From Marinicella sp. (GTDB taxonomy: Bacteria; Pseudomonadota; Gammaproteobacteria; Xanthomonadales; Marinicellaceae): a stretch of 64,000 nucleotides of DNA. Within the stretch, counting starts at the first letter, position 1. Each line of letters begins with the position of its first letter. Below the pieces are notes generated by a model. That model ran no database searches. It saw nothing but the letters and a program-made list of their open reading frames with translations, and was not told where the DNA came from. Location of the stretch: contig OZ246001.1 in NCBI GenBank assembly GCA_965230295.1, positions 3,200,001-3,264,000 of the forward strand. Reading direction: 5' to 3'. Shown in pieces: positions 48,278 to 58,742 of the stretch. A program made the position numbers and the translations under genes.

Positions 48278-49467
48278 CCATGAAGTATCTTATCTTTAGC
48301 TGGTTATTGCTGTGGTCAATAACAGCGCAGGCCACCCCTGAATTGATCTACATGGTTCCTAACGAAACGGTTGAAATATCTGGTGCAGTCGTTAAACCTA
48401 ATCAGGCATTAAAAATAGTCAACATCGACAATGTAACGGGTCGATCTGTCAGGAGTTTTGAGGAGTTTGATATGTTTCCATTGCCTGATGGTGTGAAAAT
48501 TATAGGTTTGAGCCGTGTCAAGGACCCAAGCCGTTGGAGCTTTGTACTGTCATCGGCATTGTCACATCCTGGTGGTTCACCTCCTGCTTCTCGAGCAGGA
48601 GATGTGTTGTTGTGTGCCAGTTTTGAGTTTTGCTTACCCATGTTCAGCGCCCAGGATAATTTGGGATTAAACGCCAACATACAAGTAGATGCCATTGAAT
48701 GGGAATTGGGTCTTGATGGAGAAAATGACTTGTTGGTCTCTTTCAACATGGACTTTGAATACGATGGTGTTGTGTATGACCACAACAACACATATCGGAT
48801 TGATTACCCTCAGAATGGTGATCCCATATCAGGGTTTGTAGATTCCTCTGGTTATGACTTCAACATACAAAATAACATGAACATGACAGCATACAGTTCG
48901 TATGATGCTGATGACCGTTTTTTGTTCTATGTTTCTGATACTGTTTTTTCCAGAGAAACAGGAGCAGTGATCTTTCCTTCAGAATTTTTTGAATTTTCAT
49001 CGTCCTCAGTCACCAATTCTTTTATCAACGAATTCAAGTTGGCAGCACGCGGGATTTCGGCGATGACCATGGCTGATACAGGCTGGGTTCAGTGGAATGA
49101 TTCAGGATCGGTTTATGAGGTCTATGAAAATGAAGGGTCTATAGCCATTCCCATCAGCCGGATAAACGGTGCGGAGTATAACACATCTTTTGTCATCACT
49201 GCCGTAGATGGCAGTGCTGTCAGTGGCATAGATTTTCAACTGAATGACACCTTGAAAAATTGGGCCAATGGAGAAAGTGGAGAAAAATTCGTTACCTTGG
49301 ACGTGTTAAATAACCAAGTTCAGGATGGTACTCGGGAGCTTGAACTGGTTGTCAGTGCCAATACAGGCTATGAATTTTCCCTGGTTGCTTTGAACCAAAC
49401 CAATCGAGTGACAGTGATGATCAGAGATGATGACAGTGACTTGATTTTTTACGATGGATTTCAGTGA
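48274..49467 (+). CDS. Secreted protein with Calx-beta domain and DLIFYDGFQ tag
   Basis: VYENEG..DGSAVSGIDF..WANGE..VMIRDDD Calx-beta pattern. ATGA overlap with the upstream gene. Confidence 0.85.
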   Translation: MTMKYLIFSWLLLWSITAQATPELIYMVPNETVEISGAVVKPNQALKIVNIDNVTGRSVRSFEEFDMFPLPDGVKIIGLSRVKDPSRWSFVLSSALSHPGGSPPASRAGDVLLCASFEFCLPMFSAQDNLGLNANIQVDAIEWELGLDGENDLLVSFNMDFEYDGVVYDHNNTYRIDYPQNGDPISGFVDSSGYDFNIQNNMNMTAYSSYDADDRFLFYVSDTVFSRETGAVIFPSEFFEFSSSSVTNSFINEFKLAARGISAMTMADTGWVQWNDSGSVYEVYENEGSIAIPISRINGAEYNTSFVITAVDGSAVSGIDFQLNDTLKNWANGESGEKFVTLDVLNNQVQDGTRELELVVSANTGYEFSLVALNQTNRVTVMIRDDDSDLIFYDGFQ

Positions 49468-49476
49468 TTTGAGGAG

Positions 49477-50166
49477 ATGAACATGAAAACTATAAGCTTA
49501 ATGCTGTTGTGCTTTATGGTTTTGACGGATATCAGCCGTGCTGAAATGCTGGCTGATTATAACTTCAATAACAACTTATCAGGTGGCATGATTGCTGCTC
49601 CTGACTTGAACTTGACATCAGGCAGTACAGCATTTGCCACAGAAAACCCATTTGGGTTCCAAAAGCAAGTCTTGTTGTTTGATGAGTCGCAAGGACTGGC
49701 TTTGGACCTAAGCCAATGGTCATTAGACGATGTGTTCAGTCTGGTGATGTATTTGCGAATTGAGGATGTGAACAGTTACCGGAAAATCATAGATTTCAAT
49801 GAAAGGGCAGGAGATTCCGGTTTGTATGTTAACAGTGGTGCCATCGAACTTGTGCAACCCAATGCTGCGGCAGCCCCCAGTGTGTCAAATAACCAATACT
49901 TTCAACTTGTGGTGACACGTGATGACAGTGACCAGTTGAAAATATATCAAGACGGGGTACTGTTATTAGACATCAATGAATTTCAGTTAACAACTGATCT
50001 TGCTAACACGCCAGTTTTGTATTTTGTGATTGATGATTTATCCACCAATACAGAAAACCCTTCAGGTGCTTTGGCAAGATTGACTGTTTACAATGAAACA
50101 CTGAATCAGTTTCAGGTTGACGGGTTGGGTATTGTGGATGTGATTTTTATTGACGATTTTCAATAA
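49477..50166 (+). CDS. Secreted LamG/ConA-like jelly-roll protein with DVIFIDDFQ tag
   Basis: YNFNNNL, YFQLVVTRD..KIYQDG and LTVYNETL. GAGGAG RBS. Confidence 0.85.
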   Translation: MNMKTISLMLLCFMVLTDISRAEMLADYNFNNNLSGGMIAAPDLNLTSGSTAFATENPFGFQKQVLLFDESQGLALDLSQWSLDDVFSLVMYLRIEDVNSYRKIIDFNERAGDSGLYVNSGAIELVQPNAAAAPSVSNNQYFQLVVTRDDSDQLKIYQDGVLLLDINEFQLTTDLANTPVLYFVIDDLSTNTENPSGALARLTVYNETLNQFQVDGLGIVDVIFIDDFQ

Positions 50167-50233
50167 TGATATGAATCCTGCCATGTAAAATTTGTACATT
50201 CAATAACAGGTATATTACGTTTGATTTCATATG

Positions 50234-50264
50234 GTTGACAATGTCAACTGATCGCCATCATAAT
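50234..50264 (+). promoter_or_regulatory. Sigma70-like promoter whose -35 lies in a palindrome
   Basis: TTGACA-N18-CATAAT. The palindrome GTTGACA-A-TGTCAAC (50234-50248) overlaps the -35 box. Confidence 0.55.
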
Positions 50265-50288
50265 GAATGACTCTGATTGGGTTATTTC

Positions 50289-51815
50289 ATGACACAAAGC
50301 GCCAACCATTACCTTTCTTGGATAGACGTAGACAATGAATTGCATTGTGAGGTATTGAACCCTGAAAAAAAACAATACGCTGTAGGACGATCTGATCAGG
50401 CAGATGTTGAGGTGTTGAACACCAGTGTTTCACGACAACATTTACAGCTTTACTGGCACCAGGGAACCTTGTGGATTAAAGACCTCAATTCCAGTTATGG
50501 CACTTGGGTAGATGGTATCAAGCTTGATGCAGGAGCCACAGCAAAATTACAAGCAGACACTGAAATTAAGTTGGGCAACCTCAGCATGTGGTATGAGTTG
50601 CGGCGAGGCAATGAATCACAGGAGTTGTTTCAAACTTGTTTTCACCCCAAAAATAACACTGAAGAATTCGAATTATCCAGTGAATTCAATGACTTCAGGG
50701 TTAAACTTCTGTTTCTTTTGCAAGATAACTTCGGTGACAACACCCTGAACGTTCAATTGATCAAAAACATTGATGAAGAGTTGTATCAACTCATCAACAC
50801 ACAGGAATTGAGACTGAAAGAACAGCGCATCCTGAATTCCATCAGTCACATCTTGAATCGAAGTTTAACTTTGTCTGAGTTATTGAAAACATCATTGAAT
50901 TTGGTCAGTAAAGTGCTTAATGCAGAACGTGGCTTTGTGGTAGTCCACCATGGGGTTGAAGATGAATATGAAATTTTGGCACTGAGAAACTTCAGTCAAC
51001 TGGAATGGTCTGTAGACAAAGAGTTGCTTCAGGAATACAGCCAAACTCTGGTGGAGCGTTGTTTTCAACAAAACAAAATTTTGATCGTAGGCGATACTGA
51101 ACTCAATAAAACCTTGATCGACATGAAGTCTGTTGAATCAGGGGGTGGGCGCAGTATTGTGACCATTCCATTGGTGCAAGATGATCAGGTTATTGGTGTA
51201 ATTTACTTGGACAACCAAAATAAATCGCACAACTTCAACCCGCAGCAAATACCATTTTTAACCACATTTGCTGCACATACCAGCATCGCACTGCATAACA
51301 CCTTGTTGTATAAGCGTGCCATTACCGATGATTTAACCCAGCTTTTTACCCGACAACACATTGATGAAGTCCTGAATCTTGAGATGCAAAGGGCTTACCG
51401 GTATAAAAATGAATTGTCGTTGTTGATTTTGGACTTAGATCACTTCAAGCACATCAATGACAACTACGGGCACACCACGGGTGATCAGGTGTTACAAGTT
51501 TTTTCAGCCATCATCAAAGACCACATCAGAGAGTGCGACCTGGCAGGTCGCTTTGGCGGTGAAGAATTCATCATCATCCTACCGGACACCAATGAAGCGG
51601 GCGCTTACACGTTTGCTGAACGCATTCGCAAGGCGGTAGAAAAGCACACATTCAGTAAAAACAATGAAAACATCAAGGTCACAGTTAGTATTGGTGCCGC
51701 TGAATACCAGGCCCACCATTATGACAATGCTGTGATGTTATTGGATGATGCTGATAAGGCCCTTTATCAAGCCAAAGAACAAGGTCGCAATCGAACCATC
51801 TTCTTTAAAAATTGA
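50289..51815 (+). CDS. FHA-GAF-GGDEF diguanylate cyclase
   Basis: FHA (GRS..VSRQH..DLNSSYGT), GAF (RSIVTIPL..GVIYLD), GGEEF with RECD I-site. Confidence 0.93.
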   Translation: MTQSANHYLSWIDVDNELHCEVLNPEKKQYAVGRSDQADVEVLNTSVSRQHLQLYWHQGTLWIKDLNSSYGTWVDGIKLDAGATAKLQADTEIKLGNLSMWYELRRGNESQELFQTCFHPKNNTEEFELSSEFNDFRVKLLFLLQDNFGDNTLNVQLIKNIDEELYQLINTQELRLKEQRILNSISHILNRSLTLSELLKTSLNLVSKVLNAERGFVVVHHGVEDEYEILALRNFSQLEWSVDKELLQEYSQTLVERCFQQNKILIVGDTELNKTLIDMKSVESGGGRSIVTIPLVQDDQVIGVIYLDNQNKSHNFNPQQIPFLTTFAAHTSIALHNTLLYKRAITDDLTQLFTRQHIDEVLNLEMQRAYRYKNELSLLILDLDHFKHINDNYGHTTGDQVLQVFSAIIKDHIRECDLAGRFGGEEFIIILPDTNEAGAYTFAERIRKAVEKHTFSKNNENIKVTVSIGAAEYQAHHYDNAVMLLDDADKALYQAKEQGRNRTIFFKN

Positions 51816-51855
51816 CATCATAATAAACTTAAAATGAATATTGTAGGGTGTTGAT

Positions 51856-51885
51856 TTGACTCTGCTTATGTCCAGTCCATATAAT
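51856..51885 (+). promoter_or_regulatory. Sigma70-like promoter
   Basis: TTGACT-N18-TATAAT, about 40 bp upstream of the kinase start. Confidence 0.55.
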
Positions 51886-51924
51886 CACATACCATGATTG
51901 TCATGACACCCCAAAGCATTAACC

Positions 51925-54756
51925 ATGGTTAATCAAACGACCATAACTTGTCCCCAATGTTTGAATGAAAACCCGGCCAACTCATCCAAGTGTGAGCTGT
52001 GTGACTGGCCTTTGTCCGATGATCCGGGTGAAGCAACGATCATGCCCAAGTTGGCTCCTGATCCCGATCAAACCATAGCGCCTGAAATGATGGCCGGTTC
52101 ACTTGATAGAAATGAAACGGATCCTTTACAAACCGTGGCGCCTGATCAGCAGTTTACTGATTCCCATTCAATTGCAGAGAAACATGCCTTTCACTTGGCT
52201 GGCGATCTGGCACATTTCGAAGTGCTTGAAATCATTGGGCAAGGCGGTATGGGTGCGGTTTATCACGCCATGGACAAAACCCTACAAAGAGACGTTGCAC
52301 TGAAGTTATTGCGGCCATTGGCTTTTGTTTCTGATGCCAGTACGGATGCTTTATTGGATGAAGCACGCATGGCCAGTAAACTGAATCACCCAAATATCGT
52401 GACCATTTATGATGTGGCTCGAGCTGATGACAGTCATTACATCGTGATGGAGTGGGTTGATGGACAGCCACTGGCCGAACTGATTCCTGAATCAGGAATG
52501 TCATTAGAGCAAGCACTTGGCTATGCTTGCCAAATTGCCGATGGCTTGGTGGCAGCCCACAAAAAATACATGATACATCGAGACATCAAACCTCAAAACA
52601 TCATGCTCACAGCCAACGGCACCATCAAGATATTGGACTTCGGAATTGCAGGCTTGGTCAATCCATTGGATGAAGGTAATGAGGACCATGCTCAAGAACG
52701 ACCAACCAGTGTGGTTGGCACCCCCAGTTACATGTCGCCAGAACAAGCACAAGGTTTCAACTTAGATCAACGGTCCGATATATTTTCCTTTGGAATCTTG
52801 TTGTATGAAATGTTAAGTGGGCAGCGCCCATTCAATGGCAGCGGTTCTGCAGCCATTACCAAAGCGGTGTGCGAAGGCCAATATCAGCCTATTCAAGAAG
52901 TGGTTGCTGATTTACCACCGCAGGTCGTAACTTTACTGGATAAGATGTTGGCCAAGCAGAAAGATGAACGTTGGCAAAGTTCCGCAGAATTGGCTGATGA
53001 ACTACATGGTATACACCATGACCTGACTCACAAAAAAAATTGGTGGCAACGCCAACATTGGTTGACTAAAGCGGCAGTTTTGATTCCCTTTGTCTTGGCT
53101 TTGGGTTGGAGTGTCAAAGAAATTCTATTCCCGGCATCTACTCAAGAATTGATCGAGCAACAATTGGCAGAAGCCACCACTGTGGCGATCTTACCCTTTG
53201 ATAACATCAGTGGAGACCCTTTGTTACAAATGTTCGGTGATGGTCTGGCAGTGAACCTCAGTACTGACCTCACCACGGTGGCCAGTGAAATAGGGGACAC
53301 CTGGATTGTGCCAGCAACAGAAATAGCCCGCATGAAAGAGGTTACACCCAAAACTGTGGCTGATAAGTACGGCGTAGAACTGATCCTCACTGGCAGCATG
53401 CAACACATGGGTTCAACTCGATTGATGGTATTGAATTTACTGGATGCGCAAAGTGGCCAACAACTCAGAACCACTGAACTCAGCATCAATGCTGATGATT
53501 TGTTTGGCGGACACGCGCTGATCCGAGAGCAAGCCATGGAGTTACTGGAATGGCCGATGTCTGAGACATTGATGACCACATTCAACGCGGAAAGACCTCA
53601 ACTTGATGGCGCGTACAAGCAATATGTTGAAGGACGCGGTTATTTGTATCGGTATGACCAGGAAGGGAATCTTGAAGAGGCCATCAATGCATTCAAATCA
53701 GCCCTTGATCTGGATGAATCTTATGAAAACGCCCAAGTTGGACTGGCTGAAGCCTACCTCAATCAATTCACCAAGACCAAGGATAAAGATTGGCTAGACA
53801 AAATGGTTGAGTCCATTGAAAACCTAAAAATAATTAATAAAGACAATACCTTGATTAATTATCTGTCTGCAGAAGCTGAAGTCAACCTTGGCAATTATGA
53901 TCAAGCCATCAAGCTCTATCAATCCAGCATAGCAGATAACCCTAATAATCTAGATGCGCAGATTGGTTTGGCCAATGCGTTCAATAAAGCCGGAAAGTCA
54001 GAATTTGCTGAAGCTACTTATTTAGAAGCCATGAGAATCGCGCCGAATAATTGGAATGTCATTGTAAATCTGGGCGTTTTTTACGCGCAAACTGGTGAAT
54101 ACGAGAAAGCATTGGAACAGTTCCAGGAATTGATAGAAATCAGCCCAAACAATCACATCGGTTATCGCAATGTTGCTGGCATATATTACATAATGAATGA
54201 CATTGACAATGCAATCAAATTCAGTGAGCAAGCCATTTCGATCAAACCTTCAGACAGGGCTTACTCCAATTTAGGCACCATGTACTTTTCTAAGGGTGAA
54301 TATGAAAATGCAAAGAACAATTATTTAAAAGCAATTGAGTTGAACGGCAACTTTTACATCCATTGGGGTAATTTGGCAGATAACTATAAACTAATTGGTG
54401 ACCATCAAGCGTCATTTAATGCCTATAAAGAGGCAGTGAAAATATCACGGGAGATGTTGGTTATTAATCCAAATGATACAAAAGTAAAAGTTGATCTTTC
54501 CTACTACTTATCAAATATTAAATCAGATAAAGAGGCATTAAAACTCGCATCGCAAATAAACCTGGATAGTACCGGTTTAGAAAACTTCATCATTGCCTTA
54601 ACATATGATCAGTTGGGGAAAGTAGATCTTGCTATTCAACACTTGAATTGGGCACTTGACAAAAAATACCCTTTAGAAGAAATTGAAACCACTCCATTTT
54701 TAGAAAATTCAAAATCAACCGAAGATTTTAAGAAATTATTATTAAGTAGACAGTAA
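51925..54756 (+). CDS. Ser/Thr protein kinase with zinc ribbon, TM helix, TolB-N/FlgO-like domain and TPRs
   Basis: CPQC..CELC, GQGGMGAVY, HRDIKPQN, DFG, GTPSYMSPEQ, VAILPFDN and TPR repeats. Confidence 0.95.
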   Translation: MVNQTTITCPQCLNENPANSSKCELCDWPLSDDPGEATIMPKLAPDPDQTIAPEMMAGSLDRNETDPLQTVAPDQQFTDSHSIAEKHAFHLAGDLAHFEVLEIIGQGGMGAVYHAMDKTLQRDVALKLLRPLAFVSDASTDALLDEARMASKLNHPNIVTIYDVARADDSHYIVMEWVDGQPLAELIPESGMSLEQALGYACQIADGLVAAHKKYMIHRDIKPQNIMLTANGTIKILDFGIAGLVNPLDEGNEDHAQERPTSVVGTPSYMSPEQAQGFNLDQRSDIFSFGILLYEMLSGQRPFNGSGSAAITKAVCEGQYQPIQEVVADLPPQVVTLLDKMLAKQKDERWQSSAELADELHGIHHDLTHKKNWWQRQHWLTKAAVLIPFVLALGWSVKEILFPASTQELIEQQLAEATTVAILPFDNISGDPLLQMFGDGLAVNLSTDLTTVASEIGDTWIVPATEIARMKEVTPKTVADKYGVELILTGSMQHMGSTRLMVLNLLDAQSGQQLRTTELSINADDLFGGHALIREQAMELLEWPMSETLMTTFNAERPQLDGAYKQYVEGRGYLYRYDQEGNLEEAINAFKSALDLDESYENAQVGLAEAYLNQFTKTKDKDWLDKMVESIENLKIINKDNTLINYLSAEAEVNLGNYDQAIKLYQSSIADNPNNLDAQIGLANAFNKAGKSEFAEATYLEAMRIAPNNWNVIVNLGVFYAQTGEYEKALEQFQELIEISPNNHIGYRNVAGIYYIMNDIDNAIKFSEQAISIKPSDRAYSNLGTMYFSKGEYENAKNNYLKAIELNGNFYIHWGNLADNYKLIGDHQASFNAYKEAVKISREMLVINPNDTKVKVDLSYYLSNIKSDKEALKLASQINLDSTGLENFIIALTYDQLGKVDLAIQHLNWALDKKYPLEEIETTPFLENSKSTEDFKKLLLSRQ

Positions 54757-54814
54757 CAAGGCATATGATAATTTCCGATAGGTTCATATGCCTTGATGAT
54801 GTAATGACAATAAA

Positions 54815-55183
54815 TCAATCAGGGTCAATAATGATTTGTGGGTCCGTTGAATAGGTTTGGCCGCCAATGGTTAATGTCAGCTCATAAGTGTCAGTGGTTA
54901 CCGTGGCATTTTGTTGTACAGTCAGTGAATGACTGGCTGACTGGGATGGGGGGGTTCTGTTCATGTCAAATGATGTGTTACCACCATCTTCGTCGTTGAA
55001 TGGATCTTGGTCACCACTGTCACTGAAATCCAATGCACATGTGATGCTGTTTGCGCCAGCTGAAGGCCAGGTCACGTTCACATCGAGTTGATGTCCTTCT
55101 TGTACTTCAACACTGTCAGTGACGGTTGGTACAGTTCCAGCATCCAATGAGCTGAGGTTTACATTTATGGTCGGGTTAGGCAT
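54815..55183 (-). CDS. Small acidic beta-rich protein ending STDPQIIIDPD (DP-EP-family-like)
   Basis: 122 aa with an AGAGGA RBS and no signal peptide. The family resemblance is recalled, not searched. Confidence 0.7.
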   Translation of the reverse strand: MPNPTINVNLSSLDAGTVPTVTDSVEVQEGHQLDVNVTWPSAGANSITCALDFSDSGDQDPFNDEDGGNTSFDMNRTPPSQSASHSLTVQQNATVTTDTYELTLTIGGQTYSTDPQIIIDPD

Positions 55184-55545
55184 AGTTTTTCCTCTTTGAT
55201 ATTATAGATAGTTTGTTATTAATCATGATGAAGTCATGGCATACTTCTTCCCCCTTAAGTACCCATGACTTCACAAGTAAAGCTTTAAGTTCAGAACTTA
55301 ATACACTTAACTTAAAGAAGATGATAACTGACATTACGCAAAAAAGATATTACAAGTTATTACAAAGAATGGTGTATTTTCGCTGCGTCAGAACCGGTGT
55401 TTAAAAACAGTGATTAATCCATCAAATTCATGCCGGCAATCACTTTATTGGCAGCCATGAATCAGGCTTGTGACAAAATTCATCATATAATTTAAAAAAA
55501 TATTTAAGCGTCAATGCATGCTTAAAAATTTGATATGATTTATTC

Positions 55546-56493
55546 ATGGCTAAGCTTTTAAACACCCAAACCAACGAACAGGCTTTGTTAAGAAGTCAGC
55601 ACATATTTGGCCGCCATTCGGCAAGCTCTCATACCATCCTTGAAAACCCAGAAGCTTCCCGGTTGCATGCCTCAATCATGTGGAATGGCACCTTTTGGAT
55701 GTTGCAAGACACCAGCAGCAATGGTACCTATTTAAATGGTGAAGCCTTGATTTCTGGTACGAAAAGTCGCTTGAAACAAGGTGATGTCATCAAGTTTGGT
55801 GCATTGAATGCTTGTGCTTGGGTATTAAAAAATGACGATGAGCCTAAAAGTTTACTTTGTCCAATCAATAAAAACCATGATCCCATTGAACTTGACGGTA
55901 TGGTGGTGTTGCCAGATTCAGACTCTCCTGAACTGACAATTTATCAATTACCCAATGAGGAATGGGTCTGTGAAAATCAATCTGGCCTGATCAAGTTGGC
56001 ATCGGGTACAAAAGTTTCAACACGCACAGACAGTTGGTACTTTGTGGATGCCAATACTTTTGAAAAGACCCAACAAGCCGCCAACAAAGGTCAGATGTCC
56101 TCTGTTCTTATCAAGGTTCATTTCACCGTTAGTCAGAATGAAGAGCATGTTTCTATGTCAGTGACTGTGGGAAACATGCAACTTGACTTAGGAGAGAGGG
56201 CTCACCATTACTTGATGATGTATTTGGCCCGACAAAGACTGGCTGACTTGCAAAAGGGTGTTGAGGACAGTGAGCAAGGCTGGATTGATAAAGATGTGTT
56301 GTGCCAGGAAACTGGTTTGGATGAAAAGCACATCAATTTGCAGATCTACCGATTCAGGAAACAATTGGTTCAATCACAGCCAGCCATCCAAGAACTGATC
56401 CAAATCATTGAACGTCGGCGCGGTGAACTCAGGTTTGCATTCACCTCAATTGAAATCATTGGTGGCAATGATTTACTGAAATCCAAACAATGA
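55546..56493 (+). CDS. FHA domain protein with C-terminal winged-helix-like DNA-binding region
   Basis: FGRH..ASRLHA..DTSSNGT FHA motifs and an INLQIYRFRKQL..IIERRRG tail. Confidence 0.85.
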   Translation: MAKLLNTQTNEQALLRSQHIFGRHSASSHTILENPEASRLHASIMWNGTFWMLQDTSSNGTYLNGEALISGTKSRLKQGDVIKFGALNACAWVLKNDDEPKSLLCPINKNHDPIELDGMVVLPDSDSPELTIYQLPNEEWVCENQSGLIKLASGTKVSTRTDSWYFVDANTFEKTQQAANKGQMSSVLIKVHFTVSQNEEHVSMSVTVGNMQLDLGERAHHYLMMYLARQRLADLQKGVEDSEQGWIDKDVLCQETGLDEKHINLQIYRFRKQLVQSQPAIQELIQIIERRRGELRFAFTSIEIIGGNDLLKSKQ

Positions 56494-56547
56494 ACAGGCC
56501 AATTAAATCAATCAATTGACCTGTGTTAATGAACTTATTCCTGTTGA

Positions 56548-57990
56548 CTACTTTTTATCGAGGTCTTTCCCCATTTTCACTGCTTTAGCCAAATCATCTT
56601 TGGTGGCGACAAGTGAACTGTGAGCGGACAAAATCTTCTTGGCTTTTATTTTCTTAGCCTTCAGGTTTTTAGCAAAATCCTGTGTGGCTGGATTGGCAGG
56701 GTTGATGTTACCAGCTGCTTGCAGGCCAAAGTGATCGGCTTCAAACAGGATGCCTTCTTTGGGTAAGTATGCCACCAATAAATGCTCTGAGTGGTTGGTC
56801 GGTCCAACATCAATGACACGCAATTCACGGCCTTTGCTTTTGAAAGTGCGTTTGTCATCGACCGTTTCAATTTTAAGTGCTTTGTTTTCTGTTGCTTCTC
56901 GAATAACGGCTTCATGAGCTGCAGCAGCGATGACAGTGGTGCCTTCATCTGCATAGGCTTGGGCGCCAACAATGTGGTCGTTGTGGTGGTGAGTCATGAT
57001 GCCAAACTTAATGGGTTTGTTAGGTATCACTTCTTTAAGCAGGGCAATGCGATCTGGAATCCCTGCAGTGCCACCCACAGCAATCACATGATCATCCATT
57101 TCAACAAACATCGCATAGGTGCCTGTACCGCCAATCAGATAGACACCCTTGTCAATTTCTTGGCGCTTCAATGGATCTGGCTGGATGGGCGTACCTACAG
57201 TCATGCCTTCATGCACATGGGTGTGCTGATCAACAGGTGGATTGACTCTGGCATGGGTGTTTGTACGTTGCATGTTGTTGTCGCCATTGACAAACAGTTC
57301 AAAACGATCATTGAATGGAATGCCAGAAACTTTTTTGTAATCATGAAAGCGATACCCAACCATGCCAAATGGTGGTAGGTAGCGCTCACTTTTGTTCAAT
57401 AAACGGGTTTCTTGATCAAAATACAGACTGATGGAAGGGCCCACTTCCATCACCAAAGTTATCACATCGTGAGGACGACCATCGACATCAGTCTGGCCCA
57501 GGTAATGTGAGGTTTGTTGCCGTTGCATCAATTGTTTGACCAACAGTGCCGGGGTGACTCGAATGAAAGGTCCAGCTGTGTTCAAGAAATTGGGTTCAGC
57601 GATGGGTGTGGCGCTGTTGGCGCGGAAGTTGAGTTGGTAACTTTGGTCACCATTGATCACGGTGCCATTATTAAAGGCCTGTCTGTCTGTTTCACTTTTG
57701 GCTTGGGTCACGAATTGTTGTTTTTCGAAGTCGACCATGGTGCTGCCAGACAGTTTGTTTTCATCCCAAGGTGGTCCCGGTTTCCTGCTTTGATTGACTG
57801 CTAAATTGGTGGTTTCAAAATCTATCGCCACAGAATTCAGTTGATTCAGTTTATCCCTGCCTCCATAAGCCTCAATCACTTGGTCAATAACAGCACGGGC
57901 TTTATCGACACTTTGTTGAGTGAGGTTTTGAGCAGAAACCAGGCTGCTAAGGGACAGTATTCCTGCCATGATAAGTATTCTATTTTTCAT
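56548..57990 (-). CDS. Secreted MBL-fold metallo-hydrolase
   Basis: THHHNDH, HSEH, FEAD and SAHS metal ligands. Signal peptide begins at MKNRIL. Confidence 0.88.
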   Translation of the reverse strand: MKNRILIMAGILSLSSLVSAQNLTQQSVDKARAVIDQVIEAYGGRDKLNQLNSVAIDFETTNLAVNQSRKPGPPWDENKLSGSTMVDFEKQQFVTQAKSETDRQAFNNGTVINGDQSYQLNFRANSATPIAEPNFLNTAGPFIRVTPALLVKQLMQRQQTSHYLGQTDVDGRPHDVITLVMEVGPSISLYFDQETRLLNKSERYLPPFGMVGYRFHDYKKVSGIPFNDRFELFVNGDNNMQRTNTHARVNPPVDQHTHVHEGMTVGTPIQPDPLKRQEIDKGVYLIGGTGTYAMFVEMDDHVIAVGGTAGIPDRIALLKEVIPNKPIKFGIMTHHHNDHIVGAQAYADEGTTVIAAAAHEAVIREATENKALKIETVDDKRTFKSKGRELRVIDVGPTNHSEHLLVAYLPKEGILFEADHFGLQAAGNINPANPATQDFAKNLKAKKIKAKKILSAHSSLVATKDDLAKAVKMGKDLDKK

Positions 57991-58232
57991 AATTGGCTCC
58001 ATAATGTTGATCCGAACACACGTACGGACTGTTGCTATTAAATATTCTACGGTGATTATTTTTAGGGTGAAGTGAAATGAGGTGAATGGAATTATCTATG
58101 CGACCAAAGGTGCTTTAATCCAGGCAATTGGTTCAGACTAACCCCTTCATAAGTATTTGATTACGCAACTGACCAATACAAAATTTTGACGTGGCCTGTG
58201 ATAACTTATCAATTTTTGAATATTCTAGGCTC

Positions 58233-58742
58233 ATGACTGAAATGGCATTAAAAAAATCCACCCCGCATCTGGTCATTGGATTAATCGGGTGGTTGATACT
58301 TTGTTTCGGCGCTTCTGCCATTGGTGCTTTGGCCAACTTCAAGGCACAAGCCATGTATGGTCAAATGATTCAACCATCATGGGCGCCACCTGGGTGGTTG
58401 TTTGGGCCGGTATGGACCACTTTGTACACCATGATGGCAGTGGCAGCTTGGCTGATTTGGCGCCGCGGTGGTTTCACTGAAAACCGAGTTGCTTTAACTT
58501 GGTTCATGGTTCAATTGACACTCAATGCGTTGTGGAGCTGGATGTTCTTTGCATGGATGCAAGGGATGTGGTCTTTTGTGAATATCGTTTTATTGTGGAT
58601 AACCATCATAATCACCATTGTTGTTTTTTGGCGAACCCACAAAGTGGCTGGAGCCTTATTGATTCCATACGTCCTTTGGGTCAGTTTTGCGGCGGTTTTG
58701 AATTTGATCATGTGGCAACTGAATCCAGTGCTTTTGGGTTAA
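58233..58742 (+). CDS. tspO: TspO/MBR tryptophan-rich sensory protein
   Basis: PSWAPPGWLFGPVWTTLY, QLTLNALWS and LLIPYVLWVSFA. Confidence 0.93.
   Translation: MTEMALKKSTPHLVIGLIGWLILCFGASAIGALANFKAQAMYGQMIQPSWAPPGWLFGPVWTTLYTMMAVAAWLIWRRGGFTENRVALTWFMVQLTLNALWSWMFFAWMQGMWSFVNIVLLWITIIITIVVFWRTHKVAGALLIPYVLWVSFAAVLNLIMWQLNPVLLG

Noticed and set aside
56791-57378. 195-aa plus-strand ORF
   Set aside because: Antisense shadow of the MBL hydrolase.
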